From: an uncultured Verrucomicrobiae bacterium
GTDB taxonomy: Bacteria > Verrucomicrobiota > Verrucomicrobiia > Chthoniobacterales > JAFAMB01
DNA: 64,000 nt
Direction of reading: 5' to 3'
Assembly: GCA_963808535.1 (NCBI GenBank)
Contig: CAWEGF010000023.1
Span: forward strand, 66,715-130,714
Shown: in pieces, positions 10,806 to 21,312 of the stretch
Layout: each line of letters opens with the position of its first letter
Numbering within the stretch: position 1 is the first letter of the stretch
Translations under genes and position numbers: made by a program
The notes under the pieces: model-generated
What the model was told of the DNA's origin: nothing
What the model saw: the letters and a program-made list of their open reading frames with translations, nothing else
The model's database searches: none

Positions 10806-11489
10806 TTAGAGCGAGCCAGGATCACCAACCAATAACGGTCCGCGGCGCTTATAAAAATCGTAGCGGGCCAGAATGGTTCTTACATATCGGGCCGTGGAAG
10901 GAAAATCGATACTGTCCTGAAAGGTTTCTGAGGTTACCGGTTTCCCTTTCTTCTTTTGCGAGGCTGTACGAACCCAACGGTCCACTCGGCTCTTTCCGGC
11001 GTTATATTCTGCCAGGGCGAACGGAACCGCGTTGTCTTCAGCGTTCCATCTTTGAACCGCCTTGCTCAAATACCAAGTTCCGATCTCCAAATTCACCTCC
11101 GGAGTCAGCATTTGTTCCGGGCGCAGGTCCCGTACCCCTTTCGCCGTAGCCCAGTCGCGGGCTGCGACCTCAGAAACCTGCATTAAACCCCGTTCACCGT
11201 TGCGCCCGGTCATATCAGCTTGAAATCGGCTTTCTCGCCAAACCACCGCTTTGATCAGGCGTGGATCGAGATCGTATTCGCGTGCCACTTTGACAATTAG
11301 TGCATCAAAGCGTCGATAGTCAGTCCAATCCTTCAGTTCGCGCAGGACATAGACCGGATCATGCGAACGAATTACCAGGTAAGCGACCGCCGCTGCCCAC
11401 GAGAGAACCAGAAGAAGCGAGATCTTCAGCAAAAGCAGACCTGCCTTTCCAATCCGACCGTTCTGATTTTGACTTTGACCTAAAGCCAT
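10806..11489 (-). CDS. lytic transglycosylase domain (SLT) protein, membrane-anchored
   Basis: 227-aa ORF with an N-terminal hydrophobic helix, then the SLT motif VVWRESRF...GERGLMQVS. Confidence 0.8.
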   Translation of the reverse strand: MALGQSQNQNGRIGKAGLLLLKISLLLVLSWAAAVAYLVIRSHDPVYVLRELKDWTDYRRFDALIVKVAREYDLDPRLIKAVVWRESRFQADMTGRNGERGLMQVSEVAARDWATAKGVRDLRPEQMLTPEVNLEIGTWYLSKAVQRWNAEDNAVPFALAEYNAGKSRVDRWVRTASQKKKGKPVTSETFQDSIDFPSTARYVRTILARYDFYKRRGPLLVGDPGSL

Positions 11490-11507
11490 TAGACTACCAC
11501 AACCACC

Positions 11508-13725
11508 ATGCAGAATTACGCGCGAGTCATCACCGATGACCCCACGGATAAAGAACTGGATTACTCAATTCCTCAAACGTGGGCCGGTAAAGTTCACATC
11601 GGCTCCCGGGTTAAAGTTCCGCTTCGTTCACGTGAAATATTAGCAACGGTTGTGGCCCTCGTCGACACGCCGTCGGTGCCCGAACCAAAAACTATATCGG
11701 CTCTGATTTCGGAGAGTCCAATTCTAAATAAATCGTTGTTGGCGTTGGCGCGTTGGATGGCGGAATACTATTGCTGTCCTGTGGAATCGGCGATCCGATC
11801 CCTTTTGCCCGAAGTAATCAGGAAGGCAAAACTCGGTTTTAAGCGCGAACGGATCATTTCAGTCAGCCGCGAGTTCTCCCAGGAAGAACTCCAAGCTCTC
11901 GAGGCAAAAGCCCCTCGCCAGGCCCAAGTCCTGAGATATGTGATTGAGCTGGCCGAAGTTATTCGCTGGAGAGAACTGCAAGAGCGGGCGGCGACTACGG
12001 ATCGGACGATTCAACAACTGGTCGATCGCGGCTTCCTGCAGGTCAAATTCGAAAATACAGACCGTGACCCGTACGCGAACGAGCACTTCGTCTCCAGCGT
12101 CGCGATCCAACTAAACACCGAGCAAAAGAATGCGCTGGAGATGGTCGTTCAGGCAGTGGACGCCCGAGACAACCGCCCGATCTTGCTTCATGGAGTGACC
12201 GGGAGTGGCAAAACAGAGGTTTACCTCCAGGCTATCGATCGTTGTCTGAAGCAGGATCTCGGCGCTCTGGTGCTGGTTCCGGAGATTTCCTTAACCCCGC
12301 AAACAGTTGAACGTTTCAAGATGCGCTTCCAAGCGGACCTGATCGCCGTGCTTCATAGTCACCTTTCGGCCGGCGAGCGGCACGACGAATGGCACAAACT
12401 CAACAGCGGCAGAGCGCGCGTTGCCATTGGTGCTCGTAGCGCTGTTTTTGCGCCGGTTCGAAGGCTTGGGTTGATCGTGGTCGACGAAGAGCACGAAACC
12501 TCCTACAAACAGGAGGAAGCGCCGCGTTATCAAGCCCGGGACCTGGCGGTTGTTCGGGCCCAAATCGATCGCTGCGCCATTCTACTTGGCAGCGCGACCC
12601 CCTCGTTGGAGAGCTATCAGAATGCCAAGACCGGAAAATACCGCCTGGCAAATTTGAGCTGCCGAGTTGACGATCGGGAACTCCCTTTGATTCGCGTGGT
12701 CGACATGCGACAGGAGTACCTCAAGCAGAAACACGTCCCTTTGATCTCCGGCCGCCTGGCGAGCGCGATCGAAGCTCGCTTGGTCGGCCAAGGAACAGAC
12801 AATTTTGTTCCTTAACCGGCGGGGGTTCGCCACCTCCCTGGTTTGTAATCAGTGCGGCTTCGTCTGCGACTGCCCGAATTGCAGCGTCGCCCTGACCTTC
12901 CATCAGGGAGAGAACCGGCTGAAATGTCATTTATGCGGCCATGCGACGGTCGCACCACGAAAATGCCCGAAATGTGCCGACCCTTCGATCCGCTATGCCG
13001 GGTATGGAACCGAGAAAATCGAGGGTACGGTGCGCAAACTTTTTCCGGCCGCCGCCGTCGCGAGAATGGATGCGGATTCAATGTCGCGAAAAGACGCCTA
13101 TCGCCAGACCTTACAAGCCTTTCGAACGGGCAAAATCGACATTTTAGTAGGGACGCAAATGATCGCCAAGGGACTGGATGTTCCGAACGTCACCTTGGTT
13201 GGTATCATCAACGCCGATGTCGGCTTGCATATGCCCGATTTCCGGGCTGGGGAAAGGACCTTTCAGCTTTTGACTCAGGTCGCCGGACGGGCCGGCAGAG
13301 GCGACATGGCCGGAGAAGTTTTTGTCCAGAGCTCGACCCCTTTCAGTCCGTCCATCCAGTTTGCTCGTCACCACAATTTCGAGGGATTCTGGGAACAGGA
13401 GATTGAGTTCCGGGAGCGGTGTGAATACCCCCCTTTTCTTCATCTGCTCATGATTCACATCCGCTCCGAACATCAGCGACTGGCGGAATTTACTGCTGAA
13501 ACCATTCACCGGAGGCTCAGTGAAAAACCAGATCCAGGTGTTACTCTGCATCCGGTGGTACCGGCGCCAATCGAACGATCAAAAGGCTTCTACCGTTACC
13601 AGATTCTCCTGCGGTCCAAAGCGATTCGCCGTCTCAGCGGCACCGTCCGTTCGATTCTCCAAAAACTGACCTTCCCGGAAGAAGTGCATGTCTCAGTTGA
13701 CGTGGATCCTTACCAGGTTCTGTAA
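11508..13725 (+). CDS. priA: primosomal protein N' (replication restart helicase PriA), frame broken near 12783-12790
   Basis: ORFs 11508..12815 and 12805..13725 together give a full PriA (GVTGSGKTEVY, VVDEEHE, Cys-rich CNQCGFVCDCPNCSVALTFH..CHLCGH). Junction is ..IEARL / AKEQTILFLNRRGFA... Confidence 0.9.
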
Positions 13726-13763
13726 GCGAGCCTGAGTTGAAGAAGCAAAGCGGGACGTTTGCT

Positions 13764-14124
13764 TTACGATTTCTGCTGTTGATGGACGATCGCTCGAATG
13801 GAGGTCGTCCGGTAGCGAGTTAGCTTTTTGTCCAATAAAAAGGTGAACTCCATTCGACCGCCACAGAAAAGGTGACCAGGTTTAAAGGCGTGCGAAAAAC
13901 CAAAGCCGCAGCCTGAAATCCTGACGCTGCCCGACGGCCGATCGGATCGGGAGCATTGTAAGCTGGCTTCGTGATCATCGAGGACGGTAAAGAGATAGTT
14001 AGTGTGCTCCGTTACGACCCGTAAAACATCTCCGGGATTGAGCTGGCTAAGGGGAAACTCTTCGGCATCCGAGTTCCCCGTAGCAATAAGCGAATTGCTC
14101 CCAGTCTGATATCGCTACTCTCAT
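13764..14124 (-). CDS. hypothetical small protein, apparently frameshifted (no start codon in the long frame)
   Basis: A 116-codon open frame (13767..14114) has no ATG/GTG/TTG near its 5' end. An ATG at 14124 in the adjacent frame (MRVAISDWEQFAYCYG) would join it if one base of the C4 run at 14076-14079 is an indel. It lies directly downstream of lolC/E on the same strand. No family recognised. Confidence 0.3.
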
Positions 14125-14249
14125 ACGTCTGCGCCTAAGAGGGCATTCATTCTGCCTACCCGTAGATGAGAAGAGAATCAGTTCAAAGTCAAGTGACTAG
14201 CGGCACCCCAAGCAGGATTATCATCTCGGGCGTATGGCTGTGTCCTTAT

Positions 14250-15596
14250 CTACTCGAACCTCAGGGCCTTAACCGGATCCAACCGAGCCGCGAAGTACGC
14301 GGGGACGAGAGCAGCAATCGAACAAATCAGAAAGCCGCTGACACAGATCACCAAGACATCCCGCGGCACAATCTCAGCGGGGATCTCCGAAAATTGGTAA
14401 ACGGCCGCCGGAAACAATTCGATATGAAGAGTGGCGGCTAAAAAATCGCGGACCTCGTTTCGATACTGGACCAGGGCGATCCCGCTGGATAGCCCGATCA
14501 AGGTGCCAAAAAATCCAACGATCATCCCTTGGGCGAGAAAGATCCACATGATCTGAGTCATCTGCGCTCCGAGAGCTTTCATCAAACCGATCTCCCGAGT
14601 CTTTTGCACGGTGGAGGTAATCAACGTGCTCATGATGCCAAAAGCAGCGACGATCACTACGAAAATCAAAACAAAAAACATGGTGGTTCGCTCGATCCGA
14701 ATGGCGTCAAAAAGCTCCCGGTTTTGGTCTATCCAGGTCACCGCCTGGAACGGCGGTTCGATCACCCGGTTCAGACGATCCCTCGTCTTGTCCGCGGTAA
14801 ACGGGTCACTGGTCCGGACAGCGATTCCATGCACGCCTCCGCCGAGGCTGTAGGCTTCTTGCATGACGTGCAAGGGGACGAGAATATAATCGGAATCGTA
14901 GGCGTAGCGGCCGGAGTTGAACATTCCGGTCACGGTAATCTCCATCGGGAGAATAAGCTCCCGCACCCGTTTCAACTCTTGATGATTGTCCGTTTTGCCT
15001 TCGGCGTTATCGAGAGCCTTCTGAAGTTCTCCCATGTCGTGGGGCGAATAAATCTCAATGGTATCTCCAATGCTGACCCCTAGGGTCGAGGCCAGTTCCG
15101 ATCCGATAATACCGTTATCGCCACTTAGATCGAACGTTCCGGCGACCAGGAATTGTTTCAAATTCGCCACCGACTGTTCCAGATCCGGATCGATTCCGCG
15201 CAACCAGGGAACGGCCCGGTGATTTTGGTATTGAACAATCACTCGCCCCTGAGCAAAGGGTGCAGCGGCCACGACTCCTGGCGTTTTTTTGGTGCGATCC
15301 AGGATCTCCCGCCAGTTGTTCATCACTTCATTGCCGCTGATCAGCACGTCGGCGTCAAAGCCGATAATCTTTCGCTGAAGCTCGCGTTCAAAACCGGTCA
15401 TCACCGAGATCACAATGATCAGCACACTGATCCCCAGAACCACCCCCAGAATCGAGATCAAAGTGATCAGCGAAAGAAAGGTGCGTTTTGGTTTCAGATA
15501 CCGCAACGCGAGAAAATACGTAAACGGCAAACGGATTTTCCGAGGCACCGACCGGGAAGCGTTGTCGACAATCTTATCGGTTAAAGAATCGGCCAT
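14250..15596 (-). CDS. lipoprotein-releasing ABC transporter permease, LolC/LolE family (FtsX-like)
   Basis: 448-aa ORF. The N-terminus ..FLALRYLKPKRTFLSLITLISILGVVLGISVLIIV, a large periplasmic domain and the C-terminal FtsX helices are typical of LolC/E. Confidence 0.8.
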   Translation of the reverse strand: MADSLTDKIVDNASRSVPRKIRLPFTYFLALRYLKPKRTFLSLITLISILGVVLGISVLIIVISVMTGFERELQRKIIGFDADVLISGNEVMNNWREILDRTKKTPGVVAAAPFAQGRVIVQYQNHRAVPWLRGIDPDLEQSVANLKQFLVAGTFDLSGDNGIIGSELASTLGVSIGDTIEIYSPHDMGELQKALDNAEGKTDNHQELKRVRELILPMEITVTGMFNSGRYAYDSDYILVPLHVMQEAYSLGGGVHGIAVRTSDPFTADKTRDRLNRVIEPPFQAVTWIDQNRELFDAIRIERTTMFFVLIFVVIVAAFGIMSTLITSTVQKTREIGLMKALGAQMTQIMWIFLAQGMIVGFFGTLIGLSSGIALVQYRNEVRDFLAATLHIELFPAAVYQFSEIPAEIVPRDVLVICVSGFLICSIAALVPAYFAARLDPVKALRFE

Positions 15597-16929
15597 AGAG
15601 CTTCAACCGAGCCAGAATGACGACATCGCGAACGGCGGTGTCAAATGGTTTACCTTTCTTTTCGACCAGCGGTTTGGCCAGGAAAAATGTGACGATTCCT
15701 AGCAGGGAAAGCAGAATAAAATAAATACTGAATCGATTGACCTGGAACAAGCCGATCGAAAACTCGTTTCTGCCCAAAATATCCAGGAAAACACCCCAGA
15801 AAATCGGCGCCAACCCAAGACTCAGGGAGGCGAATACAGTAAACAGCGAGAAGAAGTGATTCCGCCCCATCACCGGCATGGTGTCCATGGCGATGCGAGT
15901 GTTGGCGATCGAAAAGAGGCCGCCGGCGACACCGAGAATGAGATAGTTGGAGGCGACGAAAAAATAGTGGGCGGGCACTAACCCGCTCGTAACCACGACC
16001 CAGAAAAGGATCCCGACAAGATAAAGGGACATGGCTAGCTTCAGGAGAGGTTTGCTCCCGGTACGTTCCAGTATGAGACCGAAGAATGGAACGCTCCCAA
16101 AGGCTCCAACCGAAGCCGCCAGATTGACGGCCAAAACTTGTCCGGCGGTGTAACCCGCTCTTCCTTCAAGGAAAGCGATGACAAAAGCAGCTAGTCCCCC
16201 GACCACCCAGTTGTACACCACATTGAAGATCAACAACTTCGTAAAAGGAGGATATTTGAGTATTTCCAACCAAGGAACCGGTTGCCCGGAGGACTTGGAT
16301 TGTTCTCCGATCTCGAGATCTGGAATTTTGCGCACGAAATGGAGGCTCAACATCCCAGCCAGCATACTGATGACAAAGAGGAGAGAAAATTGCCAAGGTT
16401 TACCTCCCGACCAGAGAACCAGGGTCGAGACAGCGATGGCGATCATCCCTCCGCATTGCATATGGAGCTGGTCAGAACGAAGAAAAGCGGCGCGGGCATT
16501 CGCCGGCACCAGGCCTGTTAGCCAAGGAAGCCAGGCACCCGTCGAGATACCGCGCACGACGTTGAAGAGAAAAAGACAGGTGAGCATTAACTCCACCTGC
16601 ACTGCGGTGGAAAGAAAAACCAGCAAGGGTAAGATCGCCAGAATAAACAACAAGACGGCCCGAACTGACCATCCGAACAACACAAATCCTTTATAACCAA
16701 CTTTGGGAATGAAATAAGCCGTCGGAAGCTGAAGAACAGTCATGAGCGGCGCGAGGGAAGCGACAATACCGATCGTGGTCGCGCTGCCTCCCAATGATTT
16801 TGCGTACAAGATCATCGGTGCGCCCAGAGTGACCTGGAAATTCACGGCGTTGAACAAACTGAAGCGAAAAGAATTCGTCGCTTGTGGAGGAACCTCCTCA
16901 AGCGTTGAAGTTGCCTGGGGGTTGGTCAT
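15574..16929 (-). CDS. MFS transporter
   Basis: 451-aa ORF that is hydrophobic throughout with about 12 helix-length segments. Overlaps lolC/E by 23 nt. Confidence 0.7.
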   Translation of the reverse strand: MTNPQATSTLEEVPPQATNSFRFSLFNAVNFQVTLGAPMILYAKSLGGSATTIGIVASLAPLMTVLQLPTAYFIPKVGYKGFVLFGWSVRAVLLFILAILPLLVFLSTAVQVELMLTCLFLFNVVRGISTGAWLPWLTGLVPANARAAFLRSDQLHMQCGGMIAIAVSTLVLWSGGKPWQFSLLFVISMLAGMLSLHFVRKIPDLEIGEQSKSSGQPVPWLEILKYPPFTKLLIFNVVYNWVVGGLAAFVIAFLEGRAGYTAGQVLAVNLAASVGAFGSVPFFGLILERTGSKPLLKLAMSLYLVGILFWVVVTSGLVPAHYFFVASNYLILGVAGGLFSIANTRIAMDTMPVMGRNHFFSLFTVFASLSLGLAPIFWGVFLDILGRNEFSIGLFQVNRFSIYFILLSLLGIVTFFLAKPLVEKKGKPFDTAVRDVVILARLKLYGRFFNR

Positions 16930-18376
16930 TCCTGCGGTTTCGATTTCAGATGCGGAAACAAGATGACCTGCCGGATGGATTCCGCACCTGTGAGAGCCAT
17001 CACCAATCGATCGATCCCGATCCCAATCCCACCTGCTGGCGGCATCCCATGTTCCAGCGCGAGGAGAAAATCCTCATCGAGATCCTGAATTTCCGCGCCC
17101 ACCTGTTCTGTGAACCTCTGGCGCTGAACCAAGGGATCGTTCAGCTCAGAATACCCCGGAGATATCTCCTGGCCATTGATGATCAGCTCGTAAACGTCAA
17201 CCAGTGCCGGGTTCTCGGCATTTTGCTTTGCTAACGGCACAAGTTCGACCGGCAAGTGGGTGACAAAAAGAGGGTTGATGGTCCGTTCTTCCACCAGTTT
17301 CTCGAACACTTGCTGGGTTATCTCAAAGTCCTGCATCCCGGAATGCACTTCCACTCCGAGTTCCTGTCCACGCAAGAGCTTCTGCTCATGGTTACGCTCA
17401 TACCAAGTATGGTCCACCCCCCGAATCAGGTCTTCGTAACGGGCCCTTTTCCAGGGTCGGGAAAGATCGATTGTCGCTTGGTGTTTCCCTCGCTATCCTG
17501 GTGCGTGATCAGCAGTGACCCAGCGATCCGTTCAGCCAAATCGCAGATCATCTCCTCGACCAGGTTGGCCATCACCTCAAAATCAGCGTAGGCCCAATAA
17601 ACCTCCAGCATGGTAAACTCTGGATTGTGCCGACGGGAGATCCCTTCGTTCCGAAAGTTGCGATTGAGTTCAAATACCTTCGTAAATCCGCCGACCAACA
17701 ACCGCTTTAAATAGAGCTCCGGAGCTATTCGCAAAAAGAGATCCATGTCCAACGCCTTGTGATGGGTTTTGAACGGCTGAGCTGCCGCCCCACCCGCCAC
17801 CGGCTGCATCATTGGAGTCTCGACCTCAACGAAACCTCGATCATGCAAGTATTGCCGGATCTCGCGGATAATCCGGCTCCTGGTGAGGAAAACATCGCGC
17901 GCGGCCGGATTGGCGATCAGGTCAAGGTAGCGTTGCCGATTGCGGATCTCGATGTCACTGATCCCGTGCCACTTGTCGGGCAGTGGGCGTAACGTCTTAG
18001 ACAGAATTTGAAATTTCTCGACCCGAATTGTCGGTTCGCCGGTCTTGGTAACAAAGCCCTCTCCTTCGACTCCAAGAAAATCGCCAAGATCCAGCAACTG
18101 AAAAATTCCGGCCTCTTCCGGCGGCAACTCCTTCAGATTAATGTAAACTTGAAGCCGGCCACTGACATCGCTGAGATCAAGGAACTGGCTCTTTCCCATA
18201 TTGCGATGGGCCGTTATTCGACCCGCCACGCGCACTCGTTGGCCTTCCGCAAACGCCTGACGGACCTCTCCCACAGATCCGGAGACATCGAATCGACCTC
18301 CGAACGGGTCAACCTTCTGTTCAAGCAATTGCTGCAGCTTCTGCCGACGGAACGCAAGAAGATCGTTTTCTTCCAT
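16926..18376 (-). CDS. lysS: lysine--tRNA ligase (class II), frame broken within 17430-17490
   Basis: ORF 17426..18376 carries the OB fold and [31 protein letters not shown] 16926..17417 carries motif 3, [14 protein letters not shown]. Junction is ..EGNTKRQ / [25 protein letters not shown]... Confidence 0.9.
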
Positions 18377-18382
18377 GGAAGG

Positions 18383-18535
18383 CTGAATCAGGAGTCAGGA
18401 GTTGCAGGAGTTCAGGAATCAGGAGCCTTCGAGGCGAGGTAATCATCCAGAAAGGGGATTCGGAACTCCGAGGAATGCCGAACCGAATCAGTTACCCTCA
18501 TTCTGAAACTTCTGCACTCCTACCTGAATTCCGAG
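18383..18535. repeat. imperfect low-complexity palindrome (CAGGAG-word type) with a nested hairpin
   Basis: Left arm CTGAATCAGGAGTCAGGAGTTGCAGGAGTTCAGGAATCAGGAG. Right arm CATTCTGAAACTTCTGCACTCCTACCTGAATTCCGAG is roughly its reverse complement. Inner hairpin GATTCGG..CCGAATC. It nearly fills the lysS-ilvB gap. Confidence 0.6.
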
Positions 18536-18539
18536 CTCT

Positions 18540-20342
18540 CTACCCTTCGAACTTGCCGTGCCGCTCGTCAATGATGATGTCCCGATAGGTCTTCCCGGAA
18601 GGAATCATAGGCATCACGTGTTCCGTAAACGGAGTCATCACATCGAGAACATAGCATTCGTCAGAATCCAACATCCGTTGCAACGCTGCCTGCAAATCTT
18701 TCTTCTCAATCACGCGCTCGCACTTCACCCCAAAACCGCGGCAGAGCTCGACATAATCGGGATAAATTCTCTCCCGGTTCAGAGGATCGCCCAGGAAGGT
18801 ATGACCTCGATTACTGTTGTAGAATCGATCTTCCCACTGCACCACCATGCCAAGGTGCTGATTGTTGATGATAATGACCTTGGCAGCGATTTTCTCCACG
18901 TGAGCGCAAGCCAATTCCTGGACGTTCATCAGGAACGAACCGTCGCCATCGATGTCAATGACCTGGCGATTGGGGAAAGCCACTTTTGCTCCAAGCGCTG
19001 CCGGGAACCCAAAGCCCATGGCGCCCAGCCCGGCCGAGGTTAAAAACTGGCGTGGCTCGCTAAAGTCATAGTACTGACCCGCCCACATCTGATGCTGGCC
19101 GACGCCAGTCGTAATGATCGCGTCGCCCTCAGTCAGTTGATAGAGAAGCCGGATGACGTGCTGGGGCAAGATTGCCTGATCCGTATCCTTAAAATCCAAG
19201 GGATATCGCTCTTTCCACTGATGAATCTTGCCAAGCCAATCCGGAAAAAGATGGTAGTGACTGGAACTACGCTGATACCCGCCTGCCGCCAGCAGGCGGT
19301 TCAATTCGCCAAGAGCGAATTTTATATCACTGAGAACCGGCAATTTGACGACTTTGTTTTTGTTCAGTTCCGCAAAATCGATATCGATGTGAACGATGGT
19401 GCCGTGCTCTGCAAATTTCTCGACCTTCCCAGTGACCCGATCATCAAAGCGAACTCCCAGCGCCAGTAGAAGATCCGATTCATTGACCGCACAATTGGCA
19501 TAGACCGTTCCATGCATCCCCAGCCATTTGAGAGAAAGCGGATGCCTTTCTGGAAAACCGCCGATCCCCATTAGAGTCGTGGCCACGGGAATCTGGCTTC
19601 TTTCCGCGAACTCGAGAAGTTCACCCGCCGCATCGGCCGAGATGATTCCACCCCCAGCATAAATCATCGGCCTTTTCGCCGATTTGATCAGCCCGATGAT
19701 TTCATTAAGAGCCACCGGATCGGCCTTGGGAGGCAGCTGATATCCTCGCAAATTCAGTTCATTGGGGAAAACCGCCTGAGCCATCTGGGTCTGAATGTTC
19801 TTGGGGATATCGATCAGCACTGGCCCTGGCCGACCTGTCCTCGCGATATGAAATGCCTCTTTCACCACCCGCGGGATTTCGTGGATATCCATGATCAGAT
19901 AACTGTGCTTCACCACCGGCAATGTCATCCCGAAGACATCCGTTTCCTGGAAAGCTCCTCGTCCAATCATTTCCTGCGGAACCTGCCCGGTAATCGCGAC
20001 CATCGGAATCGAGTCCATGAAGGCGTCAGCAATTCCGGTGACTAGATTGGTCGCTCCGGGACCGGACGTCGCCATGCAAACACCCGGGTTGCCCGTCGCC
20101 CGTGCGTATCCCTCCGCAGCAAAGCTTCCGCCCTGCTCGTGGCGGGGGAGAATCGTGCGAATTTTAGTGGATCGCGTCAAAGCCTGATGAATCGGCATGC
20201 TGGCGCCGCCCGGATAAGCGAAAATTACCTCTACACCCTCTCGTTCCAGGGCGGCGACGAGAATCTCGGCGCCATTCATCGGTTCACCTCGGGTGGAGGC
20301 TTGACGTGTGGTGGCGGGTTCGTTGGCGATAGAGGTCTTCAT
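18540..20342 (-). CDS. ilvB: acetolactate synthase, large (catalytic) subunit
   Basis: 600-aa ORF with the ThDP-enzyme pattern [49 protein letters not shown]. No ilvN-like small subunit is adjacent. Confidence 0.85.
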   Translation of the reverse strand: MKTSIANEPATTRQASTRGEPMNGAEILVAALEREGVEVIFAYPGGASMPIHQALTRSTKIRTILPRHEQGGSFAAEGYARATGNPGVCMATSGPGATNLVTGIADAFMDSIPMVAITGQVPQEMIGRGAFQETDVFGMTLPVVKHSYLIMDIHEIPRVVKEAFHIARTGRPGPVLIDIPKNIQTQMAQAVFPNELNLRGYQLPPKADPVALNEIIGLIKSAKRPMIYAGGGIISADAAGELLEFAERSQIPVATTLMGIGGFPERHPLSLKWLGMHGTVYANCAVNESDLLLALGVRFDDRVTGKVEKFAEHGTIVHIDIDFAELNKNKVVKLPVLSDIKFALGELNRLLAAGGYQRSSSHYHLFPDWLGKIHQWKERYPLDFKDTDQAILPQHVIRLLYQLTEGDAIITTGVGQHQMWAGQYYDFSEPRQFLTSAGLGAMGFGFPAALGAKVAFPNRQVIDIDGDGSFLMNVQELACAHVEKIAAKVIIINNQHLGMVVQWEDRFYNSNRGHTFLGDPLNRERIYPDYVELCRGFGVKCERVIEKKDLQAALQRMLDSDECYVLDVMTPFTEHVMPMIPSGKTYRDIIIDERHGKFEG

Positions 20343-20465
20343 AAAAAGAGTCGAACATTATAAGGGGTGGAGGCCCGGTGAGCAATCGTTAACCGCGGGG
20401 AGTGAAAAACGGCGGCCCGCGCTTCAAGAGTAGCTACCGCCCTCTTTGAATGTAGAATAGCTGTT

Positions 20466-21209
20466 ATGATGACGCGACGCGAAGCAATCAAAGCTGTTGC
20501 CCTGACTGCCGGTGCTTTAGCCGTAGCTCCCTCCTTTATTCAAGAGGCTGCTGCCGACACAAGCATCAGTAGCTTGGTATACCCCTTCAAACTCCCCGAT
20601 CTCGGTTATCCGTACGACGCGCTGGAGCCGTACATCGACGCGCAAACGATGCAGATTCATCACGATAAACACAACGCGGCATACGTCGAAAACCTCAATA
20701 AGGCCCTCGCCCAAGCGCCTGAATCGGTCCAGAAAATGACGCTCGAAGAATTGTTGTTGGATCTAGAGAAAGTTCCTGAAAATATCCGCACCGCCGTGCG
20801 CAACAATGGCGGCGGACAGTACAATCACTCCTTCTTTTGGAAAACTTTGAAGAAAAATGAAGAAGGCAAGCCAAGTGGCGAACTCGCCAAAGCTATTGAC
20901 GAGACTTTTGGCGGCTATGCGGCGTTCCAGACGAAATTCGGTGAAGCGGCCACCAAAGTGTTCGGCAGCGGCTGGGCCTGGCTGGTAAGCGATGGCAAAA
21001 AACTCTCGATCACGTCAACACCCAATCAGGACTGTCCAATTTCGAAACCTAATGGCAAAGAAACTCCGATCGTCGGCATCGATGTCTGGGAGCATGCCTA
21101 CTATCTCAAGTACCAGAACCGGCGGCCGGAATATGTAAAAGCCTTCTGGAATGTGATCAACTGGGAGTACGCTGGGGAGCAATTCACGGCGGCTTCGAAG
21201 CAGGCCTAA
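20466..21209 (+). CDS. Fe/Mn superoxide dismutase with twin-arginine signal peptide
   Basis: 247-aa ORF with [10 protein letters not shown] and DVWEHAYYL, preceded by [23 protein letters not shown] (RR motif plus hydrophobic stretch). Confidence 0.85.
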   Translation: MMTRREAIKAVALTAGALAVAPSFIQEAAADTSISSLVYPFKLPDLGYPYDALEPYIDAQTMQIHHDKHNAAYVENLNKALAQAPESVQKMTLEELLLDLEKVPENIRTAVRNNGGGQYNHSFFWKTLKKNEEGKPSGELAKAIDETFGGYAAFQTKFGEAATKVFGSGWAWLVSDGKKLSITSTPNQDCPISKPNGKETPIVGIDVWEHAYYLKYQNRRPEYVKAFWNVINWEYAGEQFTAASKQA

Positions 21210-21248
21210 AGGTTCGGCGTTCCGCGGTTGGCGTTTGAGGTGTAGGCG

Positions 21249-21294
21249 AGGCGTCCCGCTTTGCTTCTTCAGAGGCAAGCAAAGCGGGACGCCT
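21249..21294 (+). terminator. 17-bp perfect stem-loop downstream of sod (AAGCGGGACG hairpin family); possible terminator
   Basis: AGGCGTCCCGCTTTGCT (21249-21265) pairs with AGCAAAGCGGGACGCCT (21278-21294) across a 12-nt loop, 40 nt after the sod stop. There is no U-tract, so terminator function is uncertain. Confidence 0.4.
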
Positions 21295-21312
21295 TCGTCG
21301 ACTACACATCAC

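Noticed and set aside
10736-11149. 137-aa plus-strand ORF opposite the SLT gene, and 58587..59129 opposite the Usp gene
   Set aside because: The opposite-strand ORFs carry clear family motifs (SLT ES..GLMQ, UspA C-terminal motif). These ORFs have none.
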